A DNA stretch of 64,000 nucleotides, taken from the NCBI GenBank assembly GCA_964016885.1, contig OZ024757.1, forward strand, positions 42,036,001-42,100,000, in the 5' to 3' direction. The stretch is from Eledone cirrhosa. Lineage: Eukaryota. The position numbers and the translations under genes were made by a program. Below are positions 42,096 to 54,781 of this stretch, in pieces (positions within the stretch are counted from its first letter, which is position 1; each line of letters opens with the position of its first letter). Under the pieces are notes generated by a model, which saw only the letters and a list, made by a program, of their open reading frames with translations, did no database searches and was not told where the DNA came from.

Positions 42096-45007
42096 TTATA
42101 TATATATTTGCACATGTCTAATTATGCATGTGTCCGTTAGTCATCATATAACCACATCTACATATATATATATCGTATATATATATATATATATTCTCCA
42201 CTCCACGAAATAAGACATGAAAAACCAGCATCCTACTGGACCTACAAAACTTCAACTCAAAATGCAGGGTGTCCCCAAAAATGTATACACACTCATAAGA
42301 GTCAACGGCCATCCAAAAGTGTGTAAATATGTATATAGACATGTACCGCGTCGTTAAACCACTGGGAGTGAAGGACCCCTAGCCTTTGTCAGGGCATTCT
42401 TCTAGAAGGCAGCAGCTCATGAAACTGGGATAATTCCGATATAAAACCTGCGGTTCAGTAGTTACCGATGATGTTGATCTTTTCTTCTTTTCGGGTTATA
42501 GCTACTGTCGCTCAGAGAGTGGGATTGGCTCAGTGCACAGGCATTGCACGATAGAATTAATTAATAATGGTATATCGTGCAATGGCCATACTCGATAACG
42601 AGGGGGCAGCCATCATCATCATATATATATATATATATAATAATCGTATATATTTTCTCCCTGAAATAAAGACACGGAAAAATCAGCATGCGACTTATCT
42701 AGTGGACCTACAAACCCTCAAATCAAAATATATGATGCCTTGTAAAAATGGAGATGCGACCTATACACAGTATATAACAATTAATACTTATATAGGTCCA
42801 CGTTACAAAACTCCCAGTATAAACTACACAACTCCAATGCCATATTTGAGAATTTAAAAATATTAGGTGAGGTTTTTATAGATGACGAGAAAATTATTGA
42901 GAAATTAATTAATTAATTATGCGGAGTTTTTAAAATGAAATCTTAGACAACATAAGCTGCGATTGTAAACTAAAACATCCGTATTCTAAATATTTATAGA
43001 AAGCAGAACAATTACCGTTTATTTACACTTGTAAACACGTTAGTTCCTGTATTTCTCAGAATGTAAATACGGGTGGTTTGGTGGCTATTCTTGGGTTAAA
43101 TTGTTTAAAACCCATAGCCATTGTTTTTCAAGTTATTGTTACGGTTGTTTTTTTATTTCTTTTCAACTGTATAGTCTGTAAAAGAAGGGGAAAGGGCAGG
43201 TGTCTGTAGCCCCCTTTGGAGAGGGGAGGGCTCCAGGACTAGCGTGTGGGAGAAAGAGGGAAGGAAATATCCCAAAATTGGAGACGACCCAAGTCTGAAT
43301 ACTTGCATCAGAGTTGGTTCTGCTAAACCCATCCAAAGACCAGTTATTAGTATTAATACAAGATTAATCCAGTTGTGACCATCCTGTCGTTTATGTGTGT
43401 TGTCCCATTTTGTTTTGTTGTTTTAAACTAGCCATAACCGGCCAGAATTTTCTCACCTCTTTCTCTTCAAACTGACCATAACTGGCCACTAATACGGATG
43501 TTAAAGTATTGTTCTCAAAATAAATAATATCAAAATCTCATAGATTTGATATTTTGAGTGTTTACCGTGAAAATAAAATAGTAAATATGGGTAAAAGGTT
43601 AAAGACAGCATGTTATTTGATGGAGATCCTAGCTGCTGTTTTTACCTTCTTCTAGCATGTCAAGCAACAACACAGACTCAATGACAATGTTTCATGTCTA
43701 TTCAAACGATTTGAATCATTTTGTGACATAAAACCAAGGATAAAACTATTTATTTTCAACAATTACCAAAATAACAAACTGTTGCGGAATATATTCCCAT
43801 GCAGTGCTTCTATCTCTTGTTTAAACATATTAAAATAATCCTTAACTTTTCAAATAAATTCAACGTTGACCTCCTGTGGAAAAAAATCAAAGGCAATTGG
43901 CGGAGTTGGGTATAAGAAGAAGACAGCGGAAATTTCCCAAAGTATATTTGAAAATATTAGGAACAGAACCAAACATTTTCAGTAAAAGAGTATAGAATTA
44001 GGGAGTTTTCTAGAAAATATATTTGATATAAATATAAGATATAAATATAAGAAGTTACCTTAGATTTATATTTCGGAATAAGGTGGGACTTTCCGAAACA
44101 ACCGTTTACTTTACAACCTTAGAAATTTAGAAAAGTTTACAGTAAAATATATTTGTATTCAGACAAACAGCCTTGATACGGTTATGGAACCCTTTAAAAT
44201 GAAAATAAATAGGGAATTTCATGAAATAATTTCAAGAGAACTTGGTTTAGAGGACGAAATATGTCTGTAGAAAACATAATATAAATATTATTTCTATCCT
44301 TCAAAATAATAGAGTATGTAGCTTCATATTTTCTAGGGACAATCGTGTTTCCAGACTATATATAACCACATTATATTTCTTTAAAACAATAGTTATGTAC
44401 TTTCTTAGTTTCTGGTGACATTCAGACTTTCCAGACTTCAGATATATAACATAATACTTGTTTAAAACAATACAAAATATATAAACAGGTGCGATGGAAG
44501 TGTGTGTGTGTGTGTGTGTGTTGAAATCGATGTAAGAAAATGTGCAGCAAACTTGAAACAATACCTATAAATATATATTATAGTTTCGTCATTTTCCCCC
44601 ATGATAATTGAGTAATAATATCGATTATCTATTAATGGATAGTTTAATATAATTTCATGTTTATGACAGGCGATGAAAAGTAAAGTATTTCGGTTAAAAT
44701 GAAAGTAAAAGATAATTTAAACAGCTTACGATGAAAGAAAGTGTTTGTTCTTCAGATGTTTTAAACCATTTGCTGTGTTTTCTAATAATTGTTTCTACTA
44801 ATAATGAGAGCTGGGAATGGTTGTATATCTACATGAGGACACAAGTGTGACATTGCAATTCAGTTTGATATATGCTAAACTATTTAAATATATATTGTAG
44901 TGTAGTATGGGTGTGAGAACAGTTCTTATCTTTAGAGGAAGAACGGACAGAACAGGAATTTACATGAAATTGGGTATTTTTCCTGAAAACTGGGTAGTAA
45001 TTTCTAG

Positions 45008-45398
45008 GAGTGGCCAGTTGTGGTCACTGTATGTGATGGTCAAGGAGTGGCCAGTTGTGGTCACTGGATGTATATTTGATGGTCAAGGAGTGGGCAGTTG
45101 TGGTCACTGTATATGATGGTCAAGGAGTGGACAGTTGTCATCACTGGATGTGATGGTCAAGGAATGGGCAGTTGTCATCACTGGATGTGATGGTTAAAGA
45201 GTGGGCAGTTGTTATCAGTGGATGTGATGGTTAAGGAGTGGGCAGTTGTTATCAGTGGATGTGATGGTCAAAGAGTGGGCAGTTGTTATCACTGGATGTG
45301 ATGGTTAAAGAGTGGGCAGTTGTTATCACTGGATGTGATGGTTAAAGAGTGGGCAGTTGTTATCACTGGTTGTGATGGTTAAGGAGTGGGCAGTAGTT
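45008..45398. repeat. 37-bp minisatellite (~10 copies)
   Basis: Unit ggtcaaggagtgggcagttgttatcactggatgtgat. Confidence 0.85.
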
Positions 45399-46072
45399 AA
45401 ATACCAGTTATAAGATAGCATAGTGAGATGGTCAAGGAAGGAGAGACCTTGAATGGTGTAACTGGAGTGGAGAGGAGCAGTGGTCAGTGTAGCTAAATAC
45501 CAGTTATAAGAAAATATAGTGGGATGGTCAAGGAAGGAGAGACCTTAAATGATGTAGATGGAGCAGTGGCCAGTTGCTAAATACCAGTTATATTAACGGG
45601 TTAGAAGAAAAAGAAAGAAGACATGTGAATGACATTGAAAAGTACTAAAACAACAAAGTGTAAAATGTAGAAAGTCTACAGACGACTGACGATAAATATA
45701 TTGATTTTTAGATGAGATGGGTAACAATAACTGCCGGATTTCGGTAACAATAACTGCCGGATTTCACTGGTATTTAGAGTTGAACCGGGTTTATACATTA
45801 ACAAACATAATGACGCCACTTCTAGACAATATAATATATTGGCAAAGGTTTCCTTAAATTTCGGTATCTTTGTGGAAATATAAACAAAACAAATGTAGGA
45901 GGTAGAAAAAAGAAAGTGTTTCGTTTGTATATAAAATGAGAGAAAGAAAGAGAAAGGAGGAATAAGCCGTATGTTTGTGTGACTCTGTGTGTGTATATAT
46001 ATATATATATATAAGACTGTGTTTGTGTGTGAGAGTGTTTGTGTTCGTGTGTCTATGTGAGAGTGTGTTATG

Positions 46073-46105
<33 letters not shown>

Positions 46106-46988
46106 ATGTTTGTGTGTATATGTGAGAGTGTGTGTATGTGTATATATATATATATATATATATGTGTCTGTGTATGTACCAGAGAGAAACGGAGAAAGTG
46201 TATGTGTCGGTGTGTGCGTGTGTATGTGTCTGTGTATATATATGTCTGTGTGTATATATGTGTCTGTGTATATATGTATCTGTATGTATATATGTGTCTG
46301 TGTGTTCGTCAGCGATGTAATGAAGCTAGGATGAAACACTTGACTTTTACAAACAACTATATCATCCCCTTTTCCACACTAAACTAAAGGGTTAAAAGAT
46401 AAATTACAAAGGCTGTCTGCTCGACTATCTTACCTACATATCGCTGACCACTGTTATCTCCTTTTCTATTTGTAAAATCCCATCCTATGAAGGTAATAAC
46501 ATATCCAAAGTGAGTAAGAACAAGCCTGCAGTGTATAATATACTCATGCTACGCTTCGTTTAATAGTAAACTCGCTGCCTTGACAGGTGCTCATATAAAA
46601 CCCGAAATGGTTATTAAAAGATCGATAATCAGCACATCTCACTTCTACTAAATACTTGTTGCATGAGCTTTATTAGTTTATCGGTAGGACTTTGAAGTGG
46701 GTTTTTTTTCTCCTTTGTTGAGAACAAGATAAAGATGTTATAAATGTATATATATAATTGTTTTTAAGATATATAATCTTAATATTATACTTGTATTGTA
46801 ATTAAATACTAAAGGTAGTTTTACAACTTTAGAAACGAACTATTGTTTACAAACATATAAATAAACAATATTTTTTTCTATTTATTTTTCCATTGCAATA
46901 GTTAATAATGTGACAGGAAGGGAGACGGGTTATTTTTCGTTTCGTTTACACCAGAGTTTTTATATAAACTAATGTTGTAATTATCTAA

Positions 46989-47087
46989 ACCGGATGTAAT
47001 GGCTTGTATATAAATAGAGCAGGCACCTTGCTTCGTCCATTTCAGAAACATATCGATGTTAATTTAGAATAATTAAGGAGGTATGTC
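46989..47087 (+). promoter_or_regulatory. Duplicate Pol II core promoter and first exon (copy A)
   Basis: CCGGATGT (ETS-like), TATATAAA, CCATTTC initiator ~30 nt downstream, donor GAG|GTATGT; all also present in copy B. Confidence 0.55.
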
Positions 47088-47646
47088 GTTTATTAGTTAA
47101 TTAACCAACGAGGCAAATCAGCAACTTTTAAAAGAGATATGTTGAAAGGAAGCTATTTAAAATTTAGTCCTTTCCGTAATCAACTTCGACATGTTAGAAA
47201 CTCATTAACATTAATCTCCCTTCAGTATTAATTAATACAGTTTTTATTTATATTTCATAACTAAATTAAGATATTTATTTCATCATTCTTCCTACACTCT
47301 TTCAATATCGGTTTGTTTATTTTTTTTATTGATCTCCACAAATTGCAGAAATCAGCTTTAATATAATATATCACCTTTAGTTGTGTAGATTTTATAGATA
47401 GTTAATATAACGGATAAAACTGTCACTGAAAGTAACGTAGATATAGCATTTCTGCACACTGAGCAAGGCCATTTCCCTGGGGGGGAAGGGGTCCAGGCAT
47501 TGTTTTCCTTTCTACCCTTGGCGATCGTTAATATAACAGATAAAACTGATGTTGTGAAAGTAACTAAGCGGCAACACGGCCACGTGTCTTCACTAGTTGC
47601 AAGTCCTTATATTACTACTACACGTGGTTTCTTGGTGTTTCCTGAT

Positions 47647-47820
47647 ACTATCTCAATGATGACATTTTCAATTGTACGAAGATCTATTTCTCACTGTGTA
47701 GTAGTGCAGTTTTTGTGCTTTTTAGGGCCGTTATTCTGAGAAATTGTACGACCTTAGTTGCTTTTAGTCCATCACTTCTCTCAATACATCTGTTTTAGAG
47801 GTATTTGTCTGAGAAATAGT
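47647..47820 (+). ncRNA. Diverged U15-like box C/D snoRNA or pseudogene
   Basis: C box ATGATGA 47656-47662. Two D-box ends: CTGA 47736-47739 (guide tttagggccgttatt) and CTGA 47809-47812 (guide tttagaggtatttgt, U15-type). Terminal actat...atagt pairing. Confidence 0.5.
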
Positions 47821-48158
47821 ACAATCTTAGTTGCTTTTAGTCTACTTCTGTCGGTCAGTACGTCTTGACATTTTTAGAATTGCAATGATCAAAAAAAGAG
47901 CCAGTGCCGGATTTAGGACAAATGAGGCCCCTTACTTGAGCTCTGATAGAAGTAAACAAATTTTTAGCAGGGAGATCCCCCTCCACGGCTAACGAGGCCC
48001 TTTGCTTAAACACAATGGTAAAACCGGTATTGAATGTGGCTAAGTGTTTTGTATTAAAGTCTATGGAATTACTGTTTAGAGTTTAAGGATTAATGAATTT
48101 TCTTTTGAAAACTCCAAAAGAAACAATTTGCGGTGGACATGGTGGCCTGATTCAAATC

Positions 48159-48272
48159 GGAGGTCCGGAAAACCCACTCTAAATAGAATTGGAGAGAGAC
48201 AGCCCAAAAGTCAATGTTTGGTGCGGCCTCGTGTTTGATCGAGTGATCAACTCATTATTCTTTGTAGAAAAC
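48159..48272 (+). mobile_element. Tc1/mariner-superfamily transposase remnant
   Basis: Translation ENP...ELERDSPKVNVWCGLVFDRVINSLFFVEN resembles the SPK.NVWC....VIGPFFF motif. Confidence 0.6.
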
Positions 48273-48617
48273 ATTAAGTATTGAAATGTCCGATTTCTTT
48301 AACCCTTTAGCATTTAAACTGGCCAGAATTCTCTCACCTCTTTCTGTTCAAATCGGCTATATCTGGCCAGAATTCTCTCACCTCTTTCTGCTCAAACCAG
48401 CTGTAACTGACCACTTATACTGATATTATGTGAGATAAAACCTTTACCACGAAAATACAATAGTATATATAGAGTAATCTAAATGGTAATGGGTTAAGCA
48501 CTAAGTTTCAGAGTCACTATCTCAAACATTTCACCTCAAGAGTTCTTGGTTTTGTTCTTCAAATGCACATTTTGGTTCCTAATTGTCTTTTGAATTATTT
48601 CTTTCAGATCAATTTTT

Positions 48618-48974
48618 GTGAACCCATTGATGGATGTTTCAAAAATCCGTGTTGTTTATGAATACGAGTTTCGTCGTGGAACCAATGCATCGCAGACAGC
48701 TCGACACATCAAGGATGTATTTGGTGAGGATGCAACTGATGAACGCACAATACGCCGATGGTTTGAGAAGTTCCGTTCTGGTGACTTTAATCTTGAAAAC
48801 AAACGACGTAAACCTGTGACCAAGGTGGACAATAACGAACTGAAAACCGTGGTGGAAGCAGAGAAACCTCAAACTACACGTGAATTAGCGTCAAGGTTTG
48901 GTGTTAGTATCCCAACAATATTGACCCATTTGAAACAAATTGGCAAGGTAAAGCAGCTGGACAAATGGGTATGA
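48618..48974 (+). mobile_element. Mariner (Mos1/SETMAR-like) transposase N-terminal fragment, truncated
   Basis: YEFRRGTNASQTARHI...TIRRWFEKFRSGDFNLE...TTRELA..FGVSIPTI..HLKQIGKV..LDKWV*: double HTH region, stopping at the WVPHEL motif. Confidence 0.9.
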
Positions 48975-49373
48975 GGGTGTGCTCCAACATACATGGTCAG
49001 AAATTGAGCATCATCTGATGTAAAACCAATCAACTTCATATTGAAGTGTTCTTATCTTTAATAAAATGTTATTTCTTTTCCAATAAATCCTGCTGAGTTA
49101 TCTTCAGTTTTTCAAATTGTAAAGTCAATTTAAACACCTGCCCCGACCTAGGAGTCGAGTCTGTCACCCTCTCCAAGTAATCCTTGCTCTTTCTTCTCAA
49201 GACATTTATAGTTCTTTCCTATACACCCAGAGCTGCCCTTCTTTACCCCTTCCCTCAATATTTACATCATTGTTTAACTTCTGTCTATAAATATAGTTGA
49301 CATGATATGTTTATGTATAACAGCAAAATGAAATGGGATTCCATTTATGCATATGCTGTATATGGTGACATTA

Positions 49374-49556
49374 GATTGGCAGTATCGGTAGAGGGTCGGA
49401 CGTCATGCTTTGGCGCATAGAGTTACGGCCCTTGCCATTCTGAGTTCAAATCCCGCCGAGGTTAACTTTGCCTTTCATCCTTACGGGGTCGATAAAATAA
49501 AGTACCAGTAATGAACTGGGTAATTGCTGGCCTTGTGCCAAAAGTAGAAACAATTA
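49374..49556 (+). mobile_element. tRNA-derived SINE with Meta-like central domain (most abundant family here)
   Basis: A box TGGCAGTATCGG, B box GAGTTCAAATC, then gttaactttgcctttcatccttacggggtcgataaaataaagtacc. More than 10 copies in the window (e.g. 4905-5075, 6510-6680, 26880-27210, 57685-57865). Confidence 0.8.
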
Positions 49557-51594
49557 TAATAATCACCATCGTTTAACGTCCATTTTTCTACACTAGCATG
49601 GGTTAGACAAGTTATCCTGTTGTGTGCAATGCCAAATCAGGTGACCATGTCTTGCTCATACAGAACTGATTTTGGCTTGGTTTCTACAGTTGGATGACCT
49701 CCATAATGCCAACCTCATTTACAGTGAGTACTGAGTACTTTTTGTTGTGACACCATTATGACCTTTATAGATATAAACCTAATAATTTTAATACAGAGGA
49801 AGGAGTGAGTGCCTTACTTTTGATGTCCTTTCTCTAATTGACTGTAAAAATAAAGTTTAATGAAACAATTGTACTCTTTGTAAAATTTGTTTTTCTATTT
49901 GTCCCATCCATGCTAGTGCAACAACTTTAGTGAAGTAAAAAAAACTTGATGTAATCATTTGTTATTCAGCTTAGTCTATATATTATATCATAGGCGGCGA
50001 ATTGACAGAGTCGTTAGAACGTCAGACAGAATGCTTTGCGGTATTCCTTCTAGCTTTCTACTCTCTCAGTTCAAATACCACTGAGATCCACTTTACTTTT
50101 CATCCTTTCGAGGTTGATTCTTCCTCTGGAGGAAATCTGCTGTACTCAGGCCTGGAGAGGAGATGGGCTCTGCCAGGCTTAAAATGTCCAAGAAACGCTT
50201 TATGTCAATATGGCGCCCCTCCATCAGGAGTTAAAGGAGCATAGCATGCCTCTGATACTGTGAAGACTAAGATCCTCTTTTAAAGGTCTCTGGTATGTAA
50301 TTCTTGAGTAGACGTGGACTCTGTGATCCATGGAGAAAGCATACCCATTTAGGAGAGCTATTAACCTGTATAAAAACTGGTACAGTGTAGGAAGGACCCT
50401 TCAGTTAGGTAAGACAACTTCACTAATGGTTGGTGATGGAAAGTGTATTCAGCCAGTAAAACTATGCAACAAATGGAGAGATGCTGTACTAAGAAGGGCC
50501 TGTCAAACCTATGCAAGTGTGGAACAAACGAAAGTAAAGTGATGTGATTTACATTAGCTAAATAACTAACACTTTGCATTTAGATGTATGGGAGATAACT
50601 CTCAAGTTGTTTCGATCTTATTAGACCTCAGTATTTGCTTCGTAATCACATGAAAAACTTTAATGTGGTTTTGGTAATTACAGGGAGAAAAGGTTTTGTT
50701 TAAGATGAGAGGATGTGTAGAAATTTTATGCAGGTCGAATGACTGCTTAGACCCCGTCGGGAGATAAAATATAAGTTCTAGTAGTGTATTGTACATTCTT
50801 AAAAAGACTCAGTTGGTGCCACTGGTATCATGGACGTGATTTTTTAACAATTATGATTGGATCCTATGACAATTATTCTACATGAATCAGAGTGACAAGA
50901 CTGGGACTTGTGAATTACAGGTACAAGCCACCCTGGGTTAACCCAGAGCTGTGGTAAGAATTACCACACAGTTAAATCTAAGATGAGAGCTTAACTACAA
51001 AGTGAGGTCAGTGGTCATTTGCTAAAAACCAGTTATAATAGAGTATGGTTGGATGGTCAAGGAAGGGGAGATCTTGAGATAATGCTGAGGGTGTGGAATG
51101 GAGCAGTGGTAGGTTGTTAAATACCAGTTATATTAACGGGTTAGAAGAAGAAGACATGTGAATGACATTGAAAAGTAATAAAACAATAAAGTGTAATAAG
51201 TCTATAGACGACTTATGATAAATATATTGATTTTTAGATGAGGTGGGTAATAAATAATAACTGCCGCATTTCACTGGTATTTAGAGTTGAACTGGGTTTA
51301 TAAATTTTGTTTAAGAAGTCATTAAAATATTTTATTCACAATTGTATAAATAATATTACAAATAAGAAAAGGAAAAAACCCAAGCAGGTAATATACACAT
51401 CTTGGGACACATACATCGAAAAGCAAAGGAAAGGGGTGGACAAACGAACCGCTACCAGAACAAAAGATAACGGTCTCGCAAGGAGCACTGGGAAACCTCT
51501 CTAATACTTTTTTAGGTTTATAAAATAACAGACAACGCGATAATACACTCCTGGATACGATAATGATATGTTGAAATATTCTTCGCCCACTTAT

Positions 51595-51746
51595 TCCTGA
51601 GAGGGTCGTGGGAAGGCAAAGTCCTCAAACACTCCTTCTAGTGGGTCCTGACAGAAGGAACCATCTCTATGTGATCCGGCTGGATCTCCATGTGCGACCA
51701 GCCAAGCTTATGGATTATATCCAACCATCTTGCTCGGGGTCTACCC
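51595..51746 (-). mobile_element. RTE-clade (Expander/Rex3-like) LINE 3' end
   Basis: Minus-strand translation GRPRARWLDIIHKLGWSHMEIQP matches the RTE GRPR.RW.D terminus; inserted in duplication copy B only. Confidence 0.65.
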
Positions 51747-51859
51747 TTGGTTGGGTCTTATCCGTAAAATCTGTCCAGCGATTCTTTCCTGAGACATTCA
51801 TAAATATATTGAAATGTTTTCTAAAATTTCGTTATATTCGTGGAAATATAAACAAAACA

Positions 51860-51943
51860 CGCGAGCTCTTCCAGCCCGTCTCCCTCAACATCCTCTGGGG
51901 GAACGCCTTCTCTATTCTGTCCGCAGGGTTCGCCAGAGCGTGA
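51860..51943 (+). mobile_element. Possible CRE-like non-LTR retrotransposon C-terminal remnant
   Basis: ELFQPVSLNILWGNAFSILSA resembles the LFQR.S.A..RGNA..IL terminus; absent from copy A. Confidence 0.35.
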
Positions 51944-53047
51944 GCCCCCATTTGCTCATAATAATGAAAAATAGGGAGAGACGGAAGCAGTAACAATGGC
52001 AGTTTGGTTCCTTTGTGTTCGGGCCATATATATGTTTCACGGACATTCCCTACATAAAAGAATCCAGGAGAGCAACTGTATGAGTTCGAAAAAGAAGTGA
52101 TTCATATATAAAATGAGAGAAAGAGAGAGGAAGGAAGAATATACGGTGTGTGTGTGTATATATATGTGTGTGTCTGTGTGTTCGTCAGCGATGTAATGAA
52201 GCTGGGACGAAACACTTGACTTTTACAAACAACTATATCATCCCCTTTTCCACACTAAACTAAAGGGTTAAAAGATAAATTACAAAGGCTGTCTGCTCGA
52301 CTATCTTACCTACATATCGCTGACCACTGTTATCTCCTTTTCTATTTGTAAAATCCCATCCTATGAAGGTAATAACATATCCAAAGTGAGTAAGAACAAG
52401 CCTGCAGTGTATAATATACTCATGCTACGCTTCGTTTAATAGTAAACTCGCTGCCTTGACAGGTGCTCATACAAAACCCGAAATGGTTATTAAAAGATCG
52501 ATAATCAACACATCTCACTTCTACTAAATACTTGTTGCATGAGCTTTATTAGTTTATTGGTAGGACTTTGAAGTGGGGGGTTTTTTCTCCTTTGTTGAGA
52601 ACAAGATAAAGATGTTATAAATATATATATATATAATTGTTTTTAAGATATATAATCTTAATATTATACTTGTATTGTAATTAAATACTAAAGGTAGTTT
52701 TACAACTTTAGGAACGAACTATTGTTTACATATAAATTGTAAAAGTGTTCTGGCCTGGTGTATATTGTTTAATTTCTTACCGAACGCCAGAGTATTTTGT
52801 TTAAATTATTTTACAAATAAGTTCAAGCGACGCCGTGAGACAAGTTCTTTGTCATCGTTCGATCTGTTAAATTTAGAGGCCAAATCTTCACATCACTTCC
52901 ATATTAACAAATGACAGGGTCATTTTATAAATAAACAATATTTTTCCTCATTACAATAGTTACTAATGTGACAGGAAGGGAGACGGGTTAATTTTCGTTT
53001 CGTTTACGCCAGAGTTTTTATATAAACTAATGTTCTAATTATCTAAA

Positions 53048-53101
53048 CCGGATGTAATGGCTAGTATATAAAGAGAGCGGGCACCTTGCTTCGTCCATTT
53101 C
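53048..53101 (+). promoter_or_regulatory. Pol II core promoter of the snoRNA host gene
   Basis: ETS-like CCGGATGT 53048-53055; TATAAAG at 53067; initiator CC-A-TTTC with A at 53097, exactly 30 nt after TATA. Confidence 0.65.
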
Positions 53102-53690
53102 AGCTGCGGGTCGATGTTAGTTTAACATCGTTGAGGAGGTATGTCGTTTATAAGTCAATTAGCCTGGAGAAAAGCGTAGTAGATTAAGATATTTTAACTT
53201 TGAATATATTAGGAATGTTAAAATAGCTAACCCTATCTTTTTTGAAGCTAAGATTCAATTTTATTTAAGTACTAAATATAGTTTTAAATGCTTCAGTTTG
53301 GGAGTATGCTAGATAGAAAATCTCAGTAATGTCGCCCACACATCTTTTAAATGGTTAAACATTTTTTTCCCCAACTAGATTATATAGCTTCGATTCGATG
53401 TATAACTGGTATTTAAGAAAATTCATTCCGATTGTCCCGATCTTCGATAAATTTAAACGTAGAAGTATAACTGGTTTCTTTTTTTGTTTCATAATTATTC
53501 TTGGCTTTTATTAATTTCTTTGTTAACAGGTTTTAGGTTTCCTATAGTATATTCGACAGGTAGAGGTATTTCGATCGCCGCAAGGTTGATTAATGGAGCC
53601 ACGTGCTTTTTCCCCTCAGTCGCATCTCTTCCTCGCTGAAAAGACTCCACGTGGTCTTTTTGGAGGGGGGTGGGGTCGATGCTACTACTA

Positions 53691-53823
53691 AACTATTTCT
53701 GTGATGACAACGATGACGAGTCTTACAACAGATTGCTCTCTTCGTTCTACAGTTTTTGTATTTTCGAAGTTGAGTCAAACTGTTTAACTGATGTATTTAG
53801 AGGCATTTGTCTGAGAAATAGTT
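53691..53823 (+). ncRNA. SNORD15: Box C/D snoRNA U15 (SNORD15) homolog
   Basis: 10-bp terminal stem AACTATTTCT/AGAAATAGTT, C box GTGATGA 53701-53707, guide GATGACGAG before D'-like CTTA, guide GAGGCATTTG-T before D box 53811-53814. Both guides are complementary to conserved 28S CAAAUGCCUCGUCAUC (human Am3785 and Gm3792 positions) and match vertebrate U15 motifs as I recall them. Confidence 0.88.
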
Positions 53824-53982
53824 ACTAAATCCTTCACTAATCATGCGATGGCGACTAGTTTTTATCTTCACTCCTCTAGCTTTTAGTCCTTCACACAAAC
53901 CATGTCATTTAGATTTACCTATTTCTTTACTATACGCTTTTTTTTTTTTTTACATTTTGACTTTGTTAAAACTATGTGCTTC

Positions 53983-54045
53983 TGCTTTGATGATTTTGGA
54001 CTAGAGTCTCTGAAATGTATTTGAAGACATTTAATCCACTGAGCA
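53983..54045 (+). ncRNA. SNORD52: Box C/D snoRNA U52 (SNORD52/snR78) homolog
   Basis: Stem TGCT/AGCA, C box TTGATGA 53987-53993, guide GGACTAGAGTC-T before D' CTGA 54010-54013 complementary to 28S GACUCUAGUC (human Um3925, yeast Um2421), C' TGAAGA, D box 54039-54042. Confidence 0.8.
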
Positions 54046-54269
54046 AAATGGAGCATAATTTTCATAGTGATGTCATCTTAATCTCATGAGTCATAGATAT
54101 AGCTAATATGTACCGCCGATTTTTACCATTGGCATTGATTTTTTTGTTTCGATTCTAGGTTCATTAGCTAGCTTAAGTATTGTCGGTCTTTTTTTTAAAG
54201 ATTTAGCTGCTATTTCTGATACTCTTTTTCTTTCATGTGAGCTTACATGCTAGGTCTGGTTTTAACTTG

Positions 54270-54342
54270 TGTCCTGAGGGTGATGACTTCGTGGATCGAC
54301 TGATTTCTGACGATTATCCTCGCCCCTATCTGACTCAGGACA
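54270..54342 (+). ncRNA. Box C/D snoRNA U80/snR60-like, copy 1
   Basis: 9-bp stem TGTCCTGAG/CTCAGGACA, C GTGATGA 54280-54286, D' 54300-54303, C' TGACGA, D 54330-54333. D guide TCGCCCCTAT pairs with 28S AUAGGGGCGA (human Gm1625, yeast Gm908). Confidence 0.85.
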
Positions 54343-54504
54343 TTTTGTTACTGTTATATTCTGTAACCAGGTTCAAAGGTTAAACTTCAGTATTGTCGGC
54401 CCCCTTTTTTATATTTTAAGAGGCTTTTTTTTGTGTGGTTACATATAAATTATCCTGGGTGTCTTCAGTGTAAATCTGCTGCTAGGTCAGGTTATTAACC
54501 GAGA

Positions 54505-54577
54505 TGTCCTGAGGGTGATGACTTCGTGGATCGACTGATTTCTGACGATTATCCTCGCCCCTATCTGACTCAGGACA
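54505..54577 (+). ncRNA. Box C/D snoRNA U80/snR60-like, copy 2
   Basis: Identical to copy 1 across stem, boxes and guides. Confidence 0.85.
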
Positions 54578-54708
54578 TTTTGTTACTGTTATATTCTGTA
54601 GCCAGGTTCAAAGGTTAGCTTCAGTAATGCCTCTTTTGTTTTTTGTTTTTTTTTGTTAGAGATTTTGGGTGTCGTTTAAAAGATTCAGCTATTAAAGAGG
54701 TTGCTCAT

Positions 54709-54781
54709 TGTCCTGAGAGTGATGATTTCGTGGATCGACTGATTTCTGACGATTATCCTCGCCCCTATCTGACTCAGAACA
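54709..54781 (+). ncRNA. Box C/D snoRNA U80/snR60-like, copy 3
   Basis: Boxes and D guide intact; three substitutions relative to copies 1-2. Confidence 0.8.

Larger units (their letters stand above)
45400..47830 (+). repeat. Segmental duplication copy A (paralogous to ~51020-53830)
   Basis: Colinear blocks 45580-45795/51121-51303, 46295-46850/52172-52730 (near identical), 46900-47100/52960-53160, and the E-box/U15 region. Confidence 0.9.

Noticed and set aside
47720-47735. Rewritten guide looks complementary to bacterial 23S helix 69 (AUAACGGUCCUAA)
   Set aside because: Short match, no plausible mechanism; chance is the simpler explanation.
48618-48974. SETMAR-like host gene
   Set aside because: Truncated transposase N-terminus only, with no SET or catalytic domain; treated as a mariner relic.
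54028-54038. Second guide in the U52-like RNA (TTAATCCA against 28S UGGAUUAA)
   Set aside because: Only 8 bp, and the predicted position is not a methylation site I know; not claimed.
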